Below are positions 13,632-28,249 of a stretch of DNA of 64,000 nucleotides, piece after piece (the first letter of the stretch is position 1; every line of letters begins with the position of its first letter). The stretch lies in the NCBI GenBank assembly GCA_964016885.1, contig OZ024756.1, positions 23,312,001 through 23,376,000 on the forward strand, read 5' to 3'. The notes under the pieces were generated by a model. The model was not told where the DNA came from, did not search any database, and saw only the letters and a list, made by a program, of their open reading frames with translations. The translations under genes were made by a program, and so were the position numbers. Source of the stretch: Eledone cirrhosa. Its lineage: Eukaryota.

Positions 13632-13924
13632 CTATTTACTGATCTATAACATACTTGACCTCCTTTTCAACCCAAGAGACACATAAAACATATGCGCATA
13701 TTGATCAACAATTGTAAGCAAATAAATGACTTAAACTGAACTTTGATTATTGTAATCTCTATATAACTGCTCTGTAAAACAACTGATGTTAGTACATTGA
13801 GCTATTTATCTTACTGGTAATAGGATAGTAATTAATGACTATCTTTCACTATTTAAGGTTTGTATATATAATATATTACCATTAAAGGTTTTATTACATA
13901 CATAACCATAAATAGTACCCTTAA

Positions 13925-13974
<50 letters not shown>

Positions 13975-14110
13975 CCAAAGATTAATATGATTCATTGATT
14001 ACTCAATGAATATAGTTTTACAATAGATTAAAAGCACTCTACAAGGAAGTTTTCTGGAGTTAGTAATATTATTCAAAATATTAATAAATGAATACCTTCA
14101 CATAATCAAA

Positions 14111-14184
14111 ATATATGTTTTATTATATGTATTTCGGAAGTACTGTGCTGTTTTTTCAGTACGCCCTCATCAGATAAAATATAT
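14111..14184 (-). ncRNA. Type I hammerhead ribozyme, family A, intact core
   Basis: ATATATTTTAT-CTGATGA-GGGCGTACTG..CAGTACTTCC-GAAA-TACATA-TA-ATAAAACATAT. Downstream 13971-14110 is homologous to 59221-59360. Confidence 0.85.
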
Positions 14185-14230
14185 GAATTGAGGTATGCCA
14201 TGCATCAATTCATATATTTCACCAATTAAT

Positions 14231-15108
<878 letters not shown>

Positions 15109-15426
15109 TAACTAATTACATATGTAAAAGCAACGACTACGAGAATTTGGGGTTGGTTACCTCACAAAATATTGTGTCCTTGGTCTGATTTGACGAGGTC
15201 CACCCCAGTCGGTAAACGAATGGGGTCTGAGATCTTGTCGATCAACTTCCCCCTTCTTCGTCTATTATACCTTAAGCCAGTCTCTGCTTTAGCTTTCTCC
15301 AATGATATATTTAGCAACCTATTAGAAAATGTTTGTGTATAGATGGAGATGGGGGAGGTTATTCATGACCCTTTAACTTCTGCAAAGTATCCCCTCTACC
15401 TATGTCCTGGATGTATCCCTTGTTAC

Positions 15427-15986
15427 CAGAGGCGTATCTAGGGTATGGCGAGCATGGCACGTGCCCATGGGCGTCACTTGAAAGGGGGCGCTACCTGGAC
15501 TAGGAGCACTTTCTATTAAAGTCAGATAAGCTATCGTCAGAGAGTGAAAAAAGAAACTTCTTCAGATGTATTGATCTGTCTTTGATTATCATGGGTGAGA
15601 AGAAGCACTATGATGGCTGGATCATTAAACCATTTATATAAATTAATATTAGGCCGCCGGAGATAAAACTATAGTGCTGGGAACTACATGATCACAGAGG
15701 CATACCTCATAGTATGACTTGTCAAATATTTTAATAGGGTTTTAATATTTGTCACAGATCAGTATTACACAGACCACTCCCTTTAAATACACTAACACTT
15801 TTGCCAATACTATGTATACTTAAGCGTAAAGGATACTTTTAAATGCAATTTAATACCCTAAACCCTCATTTATTTAAACTGTGCTGTCAATCCCACTGTC
15901 TAACAACCACTACTTAGCTTTCTGCATGGGCAGGGGCGCAATTTCAATGTTTGTCATGGGCGCTATGTTCCCTTGTTACACCTCTA
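15427..15986. mobile_element. Non-autonomous hAT (Tip100-like) element
   Basis: TIRs CAGAGGCGTA / TACACCTCTA, subterminal CATGGGCG and GGGGCGC repeats, and an 8-bp TSD CTTGTTAC/CTTGTGAC. Confidence 0.8.
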
Positions 15987-17074
15987 CTTGTGACTCTGTG
16001 CGAAGGACGATGTGATATGATTGTATTTTTATGCCATCTGAACATATTGCAGTTTTTTGTGGTCTTATTCGCGCCAGTTAAGGCGGTGAATTGGCAGAGT
16101 CGTTAGAACCTCGGACAGAATACTTTGTAGTATTGTTCCGGCCCTCAGCTCTCTGGGGTCAAATCTCACCGACGTCAACTTTTAATTTCAGCATTTTGAG
16201 GTCAATAAAAAAAAAAGTACCAGTCTAGTACTGGGGTAGACTCTTTCTCCATATCCCTTTCTCACTTCCATTCTCTCAATTTCTATTCTTCTCTGGAAAA
16301 AAATCTGTTGTGTTCAGACCTGGAGAGGGATGGGCTCCGCCAGGTTTTAAATGCCCAAGAAACGCTGTATATACGGCTCCCCTACGACTCCATCAGGAGT
16401 TACAGGACCATACCATTCGCGCCAGTCATCATGATGGTCGTTTTTTCAGACCCGCGAAGACTAGGCTATTTTAGAAGCGACTTTTCCTCGTCTCGTCCTA
16501 ACTACATCACTGAGGTGTGGGAAGTTTGCCTGAAAGGCAAATGTTACCAATTGCTCCATCTCACTTAGTAGCTTACCCCTGTTTAATCGGAGATTGCCTA
16601 TTCGTCGTCCAGCAGGAGACCACTTATATCGCAACTAACCACTATATCCGGTAGTTGTATTGTTATCCGCCATATGCGACCCGTTCTCTAGTGGAACAGC
16701 TCTGTCGAGAAATGTATGCTTATATATATATATTCTTTGTGTCATCGGGTTTAAGAGTGTTTTTATAAGTCATTCAACTTTTCAAGGTCGATAACAAAAA
16801 GTACCAGTCTACTATTGTGGTCGATTCTTTCTCTATGCCTCTTTCTCACTTCCTCTCTCCCATTCATTATCCTTCGCTGGATGAAATCTGCTTTAGTCAG
16901 ACCTGTAGAGGGATGGGCTCCGCTAGGTTGTTTAAAAAGAAACGCCGCATGCTTCTACGGCATACCTCCGACTCCATCAGGAGTTTCAAGACCATACCAT
17001 AAGTCTTTCAGTAATATTTGAGGTTCTTATCATACATGAAAATAATTTAGAAGGCACTGAACTAGATTCATTCG

Positions 17075-17528
17075 TAAACAGCTATATTAAACGATGGAGC
17101 GTCTAAGTGGGTGATGTGCTTGATTTGTTGAATACGGCAGCTAAATTTCCTAGAAATCACACTTCACTTGTTTGCTAAGAAAACCACACAGTGGATATGA
17201 GGAGACCTGCTTTCCCCTGTACATAAGGGAAAAACCAGTTGTTCAGAAGTGGAATACTTTTGAATCATAGGTCTACTCGATCAGAGCTGACCCAGGGTTA
17301 AACAGCTATATTCAACGATGGAGCGTCTAAGTGGGTGCTGTGCTTGATTTGTTGAATACGGCAGCTAAATTTCCTAGAAATCACACTTCACTTGTTTGCT
17401 AAGAAAACCACACAGTGGATATGAGGAGACCTGCTTTCCCCTGTACATAAGGGAAAAACCAGTTGTTCAGAAGTGGAATACTTTTGAATCATAGGTCTAC
17501 TCGATCAGAGCTGACCCAGGGTTAAACA
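17075..17528. repeat. 224-bp tandem duplication
   Basis: Two near-identical copies bounded by TAAACA microhomology at 17075, 17299 and 17523. Confidence 0.95.
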
Positions 17529-17644
17529 ACAACTACAACTATATATACGTTTATACCATTATAACTTGTCTTCTAATAGACACTAGCTAGCAATCTGATA
17601 ACACTTGAACTATACCTATCACAGCTACTGCCATTGTTAAGCAG

Positions 17645-17876
17645 TGTAACTACTACCACCACTACCACCACTACCACTACTACCACAACCACTACAGCTA
17701 CTACCACTATCATTACTACTACTACTACTACTACTACTGCTACTACTACTACTAGTATTAACATTACAACCATCAATACCAATACAACTACCACCACTAC
17801 ATTTACTAATACTACTACCAATACAACTACCACCATCGCAGCTGCCACTTCTGTTGCTACTACTACTACTACCACC

Positions 17877-17940
<64 letters not shown>

Positions 17941-18293
17941 TCATGAGAGCAACCATACCAGCATTCACATCATGAGTAGTCACCATCATTACCACCACCA
18001 CTACTACTACTACTACCACCACCACTATCAACCACCACCACCACCACCACCACCACCACCACAATGATAGCAGCCGTACCAGCATTCGATGCATGCGCAC
18101 AGCCACCACCACTACAACCACCCCTACCACCACCACTACTACTACAACCGCCGCCACCACCACCACCACCACCACCACTACTACTACCACCACCACAATG
18201 ACAGCAGCCATACCAGCATTCACTGCATGAGTACAATCACCACCACCACCCCACTACCACCATTACTACTACCATCACCACCACCACTACCAT

Positions 18294-18347
<54 letters not shown>

Positions 18348-18505
18348 CAACACTATCACATCCGCTACTAATCCCACCCAGTATATAACTACAACCTCAA
18401 CATCACCCCCCCCCCACAACACCAACACCGCAACTACTGCATCTACTACTATTACTATTATCACCAACACCACTACAACTACTACTACCACCACCAACAC
18501 CACTT

Positions 18506-18540
<35 letters not shown>

Positions 18541-18620
18541 TCTAGTACTACTACAACTACTGCTACTACCACAACCGCCACCATTACTACTATTACTACT
18601 ACCACCACCACCACCACCAT

Positions 18621-18651
<31 letters not shown>

Positions 18652-18776
18652 TCTAGTGCTACTACTACTACAACTACTACTACTACTACCACCACCACCA
18701 CCACTACTACCACCACCACCATTACTACTACTACCACCACCACCACCATTACTACTACTAACACCACCACCACCAT

Positions 18777-18818
<42 letters not shown>

Positions 18819-18825
18819 TACTGCA
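17645..18825. repeat. (ACT/ACC)n trinucleotide low-complexity tract
   Basis: Poly-Thr/Val ORFs in several frames. A similar tract lies at 21660-22270. Confidence 0.95.
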
Positions 18826-19329
18826 AACAGCAGCACTAACACACCACTGCAGTTACAACTACGAGCTAACGAGGAAGTCTCTACGTAGTAGATCGACCTG
18901 CTAGAAATAGCAGCCAAAACTCCCTCACACGGCAACACACTTCTAAACACTTGATATAATGTAGTCCGAGGTACACTACTCCTTAATAAAGAAACAATAC
19001 AAAACAAAGCAAAACAATAAAAATAAAAGCCGGGATGGTCACGCATGGCTTGAATTTCCTTGATAAATTATCTGCTTAATAAATGGCTCGCCTTGGGCTA
19101 AACAACAACCACTACAATACCACAGCTATACCATTACAACATTACTACACCTATCACCACATTGTTATTGCGACTAAAACACTACCACCACAACCACCAC
19201 CACCATCAACAACACCACCACCACCACCATCACCAACACCACCATCACACCACCAGCATCACACCACGCCATCACACCATCATCACCACCACACTCATCA
19301 CATCATTGCAGTCGCAACCACATCAAAAC

Positions 19330-19800
19330 TGGTAGAAATAGCTGCCAAATCGCCCTCAAATCACACCACCACTACAACCACTACCACCATCACTGCGAGA
19401 AATAGCAGCTAAATCTCCCTCAAATCACACCACCACTACAACCACTACCACCATCACTGCGAGAAATAGCAGCTAAATCTCCCTCAAATCACACCACCAC
19501 TACAACCACCACCAACACTGCGAGAAATAGTAGGTAAACCCCTTTCAAATCACACCACCACTACAACTACCACCATCTGTGCGACAAATAGCAGCCAAAT
19601 CCCCTCAAATCACACCACCACCATCACTGCGAGAAATAGTAGCTAAAATCTCCCTCAAATTTCATCACCACAATTATTGCGAGAAATAGCAGCCAAATCT
19701 GCCTCAAATTTCACAACCACAACTATCACATCATTCTAGTCATCATCATACAGGTAGCCACAGCATGACTGCAAGAAATAGCAGCCAAATTTGTCTCTAA
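19330..19800. repeat. ~60-64-bp minisatellite derived from a dispersed-repeat segment
   Basis: Unit GAGAAATAGCAGC(T/C)AAATCTCCCTCAAATCACACC+(ACC/ACT). The same motif occurs singly at ~6740, ~18900 and ~33760. Confidence 0.85.
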
Positions 19801-19954
19801 TCATCTACCTTCCTTAGAAAAAGACATTAGATAATGTGATTCTAATGATGCAGTGTATTAAGAAGAAATAAAGACAGTATGGTCATAACTGGAATACCTT
19901 TGATCATAAGTCTGTTAGATCACGGCTGACCTAAGGCTAAACAACAACATACCA

Positions 19955-21640
19955 TCACCACACCACTACAACCAACACCACACCACTACAACCAGCACCA
20001 CACCAATACAGCCAACACCACACCAATACAGCCAACACCACACCACTACAACCAACACCACACTACTACAACCAACACCACACCAATACAGCCAACACCA
20101 CACCACTACAGCCAACACCACACCACTACAACCAACACCACACCACTTCAACCACCACCACACCAATACTATTACCACCACACCACTACAGCCAACACCA
20201 CACCAATACAGCCAACACCACACCAATACAGCCAACACTACACCACTACAGCCAACACCACACCAATACAGCCAACACCACACCAATACAGCCAACACCA
20301 CACCACTACAACCAACACCACACCAATACAGCCAACACCACACCAATACAGCCAACACCACACCACTTCAACCACCACCACACCAATACTATTACCACCA
20401 CACCACTACAGCCAACACCACACCAATACAGCCAACACCACACCAATACAGCCAACACTACACCACTACAGCCAACACCACACCAATACAGCCAACACCA
20501 CACCAATACAGCCAACACCACACCACTACAACCAACACCACACTACTACAACCAACACCACACCAATACAGCCAACACCACACCACTTCAACCACCACCA
20601 CACCAATACTATTACCACCACACCACTACAGCCAACACCACACCAATACAGCCAACACCACACCAATACAGCCAACACTACACCACTACAGCCAACACCA
20701 CACCACTACAGCCAACACCACACCACTTCAACCACCACCACACCAATACTATTACCACCACACCACTACAGCCAACAAAACACCAATACTACTACCACCA
20801 CATCACTACAACCATCACCACACCACTACAGCTAACACCACACCACTACAACCAACACCACACCACTACAGTCAACACCACACCACTACAGCCAACACCA
20901 CACCCCTTCAAACACCACCACACCACTACAGTCAACACCACACCAATACTACTACCACCACATCACTACAACCATCACCACACCAATACTATTACCACCA
21001 CACCACTACAACCAACACCACATCACTACAGTCAACACCACACCACTACAGCCAACACCACACCCCTTCAACTACCACTACACCACTACAACCAACACCA
21101 CATCAATACAACCATCACCACACCACTACAACCAACACCACACCAATACTATTACCACCACACCACTACAACCAACACCACACCACTACAGTCAACACCA
21201 CACCACTACAGCCAACACCACACCCCTTCAACTACCACCACACCACTACAACCAACACCACATCACTACAACCATCACCACACCACTACAACCAACACCA
21301 CACCAATACTATTACCACCACACCACTACAACCAACACCACACCAATACTACTACCACCACATCATTACAACCATCACCACACCAATAATACTAGCACCA
21401 CACCAGTACAACCAACACCACACCACTACAGCCAACACCACACCCCTTCAACCACCACTACACCACTACAACCAACACCACATCACTACAACCATCACCA
21501 CATCACTACAACCAACACCACACCACTACAACCATCAACACACCACTACAACCATCAACACACCACTACAACCAACACCACACCACTACAGCCAATACGA
21601 CACCAATACTACTACCACCACACCACTACAGCCAATACAA
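19955..21640. repeat. 20-bp minisatellite (CACCA[C/A]TACA [G/A]CCAACACCA)n
   Basis: Strict 10/20-bp phase kept over ~1.7 kb, with recurring variant blocks. Confidence 0.97.
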
Positions 21641-22679
21641 CACTAATATTCCTACCAACCACTAGACTACTACTACTATCACCATTACCACTACTACCAC
21701 TCCCACACTACTGCAGCCATAACAACTCTAATATTACTACTACCACCACCACCATGTTAATACTGCTACCTCTACATCCAACAGCACACGAGTAGTGCTT
21801 CCACCACACTACAACTACTACTACTATAACCCCACTACTACTACTACTACAACCCCACTACTACTACTACTACTACTACCATTACTGTTGTCCCACTTAT
21901 ACTTCCACCAACACACTTTACTGCTACTACTACCACACCCTTACAGCCAACACCACACTACTACAATTACTACCACCGCTACTACTACCACTACCACCAC
22001 CACCACTACTACTACCACTACCACCACTACTACTACAGCCATCACCACCACTACTACTACCACCACCACCACTACTACTACCACCACCACCAACACTACT
22101 ACTACAGCCATCACCACACTACTACCACCACCACTACTACTACAGCCATCACCATACTTATACTTCCACCACTACACTAATACTGCTACCACCACACCAC
22201 TACAACCATTTTGAACTACTATAGAAAACATCTACCACAAGCATACTACTACACATACAACTACAACTACACCCTAACACGCCATTTTAAGTCACCAACA
22301 CGTTAAAAAAAAAACCTTAAATGGGATGCTGTGACATTCATCCATGTCTTCTATGACTTTAAAATAATAACACCAAGGAATTAGACACTAAAACATGTGA
22401 GGAGGAAAGAGGAGGGGGTGTAAGGTGAACAAAATATATGTGTGAAACAAAGAAGTGAGAGAGAAAGGAAGGGGAGGAAGAGATGAAGAGAGGAACAAAG
22501 AAGGAAATGAAAGTGGCGAAAGGTGGAGGAGAAGCAGGCAAGCAGCAGTCGGGAGTGGCGGGAGGAACAGTAGATTAAATGAGCAGCAGGAAGAAGGAGG
22601 GAGCGAAGGAAGATAAGGAAAATAGAGAGAGGGAAAAGAGAAGCAGAAGGACGGTGTAGGCTGGAGGTAGAGTTGCTTC

Positions 22680-23087
22680 CCCCTTAGGTTGCTATCAACG
22701 CCACCTGCTTAGACCGGTTGACCGTTCTATTTATTCCCTTGTCATCTTCTGGTCTTCGTTAACTGGGCGGTCAAGCGAGCTGTAATTGATCATAACACGA
22801 CCACAGTTGCCACAAACAAACTAACCAGTCACAGTAAAAAGAAAAAACGAGTAGGAAGATATAACGTCAGTTCCAGATCATTGAAAACCACCATTTTCTA
22901 CGTCACAGTTTCTCTCGTTGAGGTTAACTACTAGAAGAGAAAGAAAACAAATAACAACTAGAATTATCGGCCCCTGTGTGGGCTTTCTTTAAGACAAGCA
23001 CAGAATTAGGTGTACACCGCCAGATGGCTCATGGACTTCTGTGTGTATTGAGCAGGGTTAATTTCAGCTTTCGGATCGACAGTAAGT
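22680..23087 (+). promoter_or_regulatory. Candidate promoter/first exon with splice donor CA|GTAAGT at 23082
   Basis: CpG-richer unique sequence ending in a consensus donor followed by intron-like (TA/TG)n. Confidence 0.35.
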
Positions 23088-23094
23088 ATATGTT

Positions 23095-23127
<33 letters not shown>

Positions 23128-23964
23128 ATACTTGATGAATATTTGCCTACCTCTCTATTCACTGTTAATATGTGTCATATAGATGTATATATATATATAT
23201 ATATATACACATATAAATACCTGCTTTCTAATTTTCACTGGATATATATTATTTTGTGTAGTTTCTTTACATAATCTGTTTTTATATATGTATGTCGAAT
23301 TTGAAAAATATATATATATATTGAATACCAATAAGTGCACCAAAATAATAACTTTTGAGATACCCTGTATATATATACATATACTTACACACATATATCG
23401 ATAAATAGACACACATATAGTGTAGATAGATATTGACTATAGATGGACAGGGTTGACTAGTGAGATCGATAAACACATCAAAGATGTTGAGATGTCGAAT
23501 AGGTAAACACACACACACACATATATATATTATGTTTTTAAAGTTGATTATATACATAGAGGTTGTTATCTATAGAGTGTATATATATTGATTATAGATA
23601 CATATAGTTAGATGATGATGTATAGATAGATACAGTGTATATATAATATATATGTGTGTAAATATATATACGTGTATATATGTATGTATGTATATTGATT
23701 ATAGATAAACACAACGTGTAGATGTATAGTCAGATGTGGTGTATATACATGTACGTAAAAAATAAACAGAAATAAGGCAAATGACACAGTTACGGTATAT
23801 ATACACTGGGTATAGATGTTCATGTGTAAACTGATACGGTGTATATATATCATCATCATCATATATATATATGACACAGCATGTAAGTGATGTATAGACA
23901 GAACTTGTTGAGTGTATATATATACTGGGTGTAGATATTGATGTTTAGACTGACACAATGTATG

Positions 23965-24013
<49 letters not shown>

Positions 24014-24369
24014 TGGGTGTATAGGGTGATGTATATTCTGTATCTCAAAGATTTATGTGATCTCATCTTCATTTGGGCAGTTCTGTTGCTGTTGTTACAG
24101 CTCACACTTATATAGCTTTAGGTGATTGCCTCTGAGATTATCTCACAGGTTCCATGGGTGTTTCAATCATAAGGGTCCCCGGTCCTACCAAGAAATGACA
24201 GGCCCCAGACGCCAGTCCATTACAGGGATTACCCTCCCACCTCCTCCCTTCTCAGCTGCAGTTGCTGTAGTATTCATTTGTTTTTAAGTTGAGTAAACTG
24301 AAGCAATATTAAATGAAACATCATTGCTCAGTCCAGGAATCAAACTCATGACCAAATGATTGTTAGTTC

Positions 24370-25027
24370 ATCACTTTAACCACTGCGTCACAACAAACAT
24401 TCACTATACAGGTCTGATTATACAGTCTACTGATTGCAAAGTCCAACACTTTAACCACTGGGTCACAATACACATTCATTCTACAGGTTTGTTTCTATGA
24501 TGTAATGGTTGTAAAGTCCAACACTTTAACCACTGGGTCACAATAGACATTCATTCTACAGGTTTGTTTCTATGATGTAATGGTTGTAAAGTCCAACACT
24601 TTAACCACTGGGTCACAATAGACATTCATTCTACAGGTTTGTTTCTATGATGTAATGGTTGTAAAGTCCAACACTTTAACCACTGGGTCACAATAGACAT
24701 TCATTCTACAGGTTTGTTTCTATGATGTAATGGTTGTAAAGTCCAACACTTTAACCACTGGGTCACAATAGACATTCATTCTACAGGTTTGTTTCTATGA
24801 TGTAATGGTTGTAAAGTCCAACACATTAACCACTGGGTCACAATAGACATTCATTCTACAGAGCTGTTTCTATGATGTAATGGTTGTAAAGTCCAACACT
24901 TTAACCACTGGGTCACAATAGACATTCATTCTACAGGTTTGTTTCTATGATGTAATGGTTGTAAAGTCCAACACATTAACCACTGGGTCACAAGAGACAT
25001 TCACTCTACAGAGCTGTTTCTATGACA
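24370..25027. repeat. 75-bp satellite (~8 copies) containing the 5' half of the S1 SINE tRNA head
   Basis: Period 75 (24511, 24586, 24661...). The minus strand reads GTGACCCAGTGGTTAAAGTGTTGGACTTTACAACCAT and is contiguous with the SINE at 24210-24390(-). Confidence 0.92.
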
Positions 25028-25659
25028 TAATACTGCTACAACCATCACCACACCCCTACAACTTGTGGAAAGTGTCACTTATTTAATCAATTTCTTAATA
25101 CTGCATTTATCCAGTTTAAAATAGGTACACCATATCTGCGAATGTCATAAGTCTGTCTCAAGCCATTTAAGGTTTGTTAGGCTGATGCTTATCCCGGTTT
25201 CATGGCATGAAACAACTGAGAGTACAAGACTCCTTCCTGGACAGGATGCCAGCCCATCACAGGGTCAAACCCTTAGCTATTGTTGGTACTCATTTTCAGC
25301 TGAGCATATTGGAGCAACATGAAATGAAGTGTTTTGCTCAAGAATACAACACTCAACCCAGCCCAGAAATCGAACCCACGACATTATGATCATAATGTCC
25401 AACACCCTTACCACTAGGCCACATACTGCCACTATGTCATAAGAAGCAACTAAAAGGGTGGGTGTCAGGAAGAACAGCCAGCTGTAAAAAATTGCCTTAA
25501 AAAGTCCTGACTAACCCATGCCAACATGCAAAAGTCAACATACAATGATGATGAAGGTGTTTAGTCAGGGAAAGAATGACCATGTCTATGGCCCTTACCA
25601 GGGATTCAGAGACTGGTCGAACTAAGGAAAGTATCCTCAAACTCCAGCCATAATCTGAT

Positions 25660-27247
25660 TCATCATCATCATCATCGTTTAACGTCCATCTTCCACGCTT
25701 GCATGGGTTTGGACGGGAGGTTTCCCACTTGAGGCAAGATTTGTTGTCCTGCTCGCATAGGACTGTCTGGCGGGTTTTCTACGGCTGGATGCCCTTCCTA
25801 ACACCAACCACATTTACAGTGTGGACTGGGAGGTTTTTACCGTGTTACCTACACGGCCACATTACAGCGTGGACTGTGTTTTTTTGTCGTGACACCTACA
25901 CGACCTCATTTGTTTCGGACTGGATGTTGTGGTACCAACATAACTTCACATTTAAGGGGGTGGAGGTAGTGGGACGGGGGGTATTTTGTTAGAGGTGCCT
26001 ACTGACTGTAGGTTTCGCTTTGTACTTAGGCAAGGCGGGTCTTCTGTATGACTGTGTAGCGCCAAAGATCTCGGTCCAGTGGCATTGTCTTGGAGAGGTG
26101 TAAGTGTGTGAGGTCAGAATTTATCAAGTCGTCCCAGGTTTTTCTGGGTCTGCCTACTCCGTGACTACCGTCTATTTTTATCACCCTGCACTTTTTTATA
26201 CAGCTGTCGTCTTTCATGCGCATCACGTGACCGTACCAACGTAGTCTTCTCTTGAGTAAACAACATCTGATCCCTTTTATTCCTAATTTCTCCCTTAGTT
26301 CGTTTATGCTTTGCCGTTCACGTATATTACTATTACACATCCAGCGGAGCATGCAAGCTTCGTTTCTCTCCAGTCTGCGTATATCCTCTGCACACAATGC
26401 CCAGGTCTCACTGCCATGTAACATTGCTGTTTGTATGCAGGCATCATACAGCCTGCCTTTCATTTTTAGAGGGAACCCTTTAGCGGCCAATAGTGGTATA
26501 AGCTCTCTGAACTTTTTCCATCCCATTCTGACTATAGCTACTGTACTTTCAGAACACCCTCCCCCACTGCTGATTTTGTCACCCAGGTAACGGAAGGTGT
26601 CCACTATTTCTATAGTACCATCTGTGCAATGGAATGAGCTAGTATTCTGTGGGCACTTGCTGCTACTTATTGCACCAGAGCACCAGCCACATATAAAATC
26701 TATATTCTTAGTTAGCTTACCTGTGATCCCACTACATCTTTTATGCACCCATACTTTGCATTTGGGACATAAAATGGAGTTTCTGCCTACTCCTTTCCTA
26801 CACACTGAGCATGGCCATTTCCCAGATGGGACCGGTGCCCTATTTTCCTTCCTACAAACTAGAACTTTAGTCTTAGACAAGTTAACTTTAAGGCCTTTTG
26901 ATTCTAGGCCATGCTTCCATGTTTGGAATTTCTTCTCTAGTTCAGCCATTGATTCAGCTATGAGCGTTAGATCATCTGTATATAGGAGTTCCCATGGGCA
27001 GCCGGTCTTGAACTCCTCTGTTGTAGCCTGAAGGGCAATAATAAATAGTAGGGGGCTAAGAACGGAGCCCTGATGAGCACCAACTTTTACGCTAAACTCT
27101 TCACTATATTCGTTGTTAATTCTAACCTTGCTGGCTGTTTCTTTATACATGGCTTGTATAGCTCTCACAAGCCATTCATCAACACCTAGTTTTCTAAGCG
27201 CCCACCAGATAATGGAGCAGGGGACTCTGTCAAAGGCTTTCTCCATT
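25660..27247 (-). mobile_element. 5'-truncated RTE-type LINE with open reverse transcriptase ORF (26026-27247), internal PHD-like Cys cluster, 3' UTR and (GAT)n tail
   Basis: EKAFDRV, QGSVLSPLLF, LLYTDDL, FRYLG, HGSETW, RLRWYGHVMRM and GRPRKTW motifs; CxxC..CxxC..HxxC..CxxC insert. Confidence 0.95.
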
Positions 27248-27317
27248 GATTGCTTATCTGATCCATCACTCTTAGGTGAGACAGCAAGCACAACTTCACT
27301 CCAACAGTGTCTGTTTG

Positions 27318-27560
27318 TCAATTCCAGTTTCCTTTGCTATGATATCTGGGTATCTTAGCTTTCTTGTAGGGAAGATCTCCATCAAAGGTCTCATCTTTTG
27401 TGCAGAAGCAATAACCAGCAAATTTTGTATGACATTCAATCAGTTGTGCACTTACTTTGGGGGTTTTTCCGTATATCTCATTAAACGTGGGATGGGTCGA
27501 CCAAGGAATATTTTGAGCCTTTCTAAGAAGAGTAGTGTAACATCCATCTAAATGACTCTG
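27318..27560 (-). mobile_element. RTE-clade LINE ORF C-terminal fragment (second family)
   Basis: LDGCYTTLLRKAQNIPWSTHPTFNEIYG...KFAGYC matches the LDG.YTR.LR..W..H.TN..LYG..RLRFAGH pattern. Confidence 0.7.
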
Positions 27561-27689
27561 TAGACGAGAGTGCAAGGTCCGAGTCTCAGAACCATAAAGA
27601 AGGATAGACCAGGTGGTAGTATAAAACTTGACAACAGATTAAATCTGCTAGCTAGGCTACAGTGGAACCTGAGGAAGGAAGAAGGAGAT

Positions 27690-27910
27690 TTAGGAAGGTA
27701 TGGCATGAAGTGGTGAAGATGCTGAGCATAATATGACTGCAATGATTGGTAACGCACAGTGATAGAGTACACCTGCCTAAGTTTCATGCACTTTGAGTGC
27801 TCTCAGTACTTCTTTATACAGCTGACATTCTGCATATGCATCACATGTCCATATCAGCACAGTCTTCTCTCTTGTACATTATATCTGATTTCACCTATAT
27901 ACAGCTTTTC
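27690..27910 (-). mobile_element. Degenerate RTE LINE 3' fragment
   Basis: GEIRYNVQERRLC*YGHVMHM, homologous to the C-terminus of the 26026 ORF. Confidence 0.65.
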
Positions 27911-28249
27911 AGTGCCAGATAAAACTGAGGTGTGGTTGTGGAAAAGTCCATTGAATATAATAGTGGAGCACTTGTGACTAATGCCATAAAGAAAGAGGTA
28001 TAGATTCCCAATATTTGAGACTGCTGAATAAAAGTGAAGGCCTACAACACAAGGACCAGCCATAAAAGTTGACAGCAGGTTGAAAGACAAAGAGATTAAG
28101 GATATGAAGGTAGGAAAAGCAGCTTGATCATCCAGTATAGTTGCTGAGATGCTAAAAACATCTGGCATAGTAGGTTACAAGCTAATCGGATGCATAATTA
28201 ATCAAGTATTACAGGATGGTGTCATATCCAATGTCTGGTGAAGTTGAAA

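Noticed and set aside
17573-22214. Poly-Val/Thr/His and WCWL-repeat ORFs
   Set aside because: Open in several frames and on both strands over simple repeats; no unique domain.
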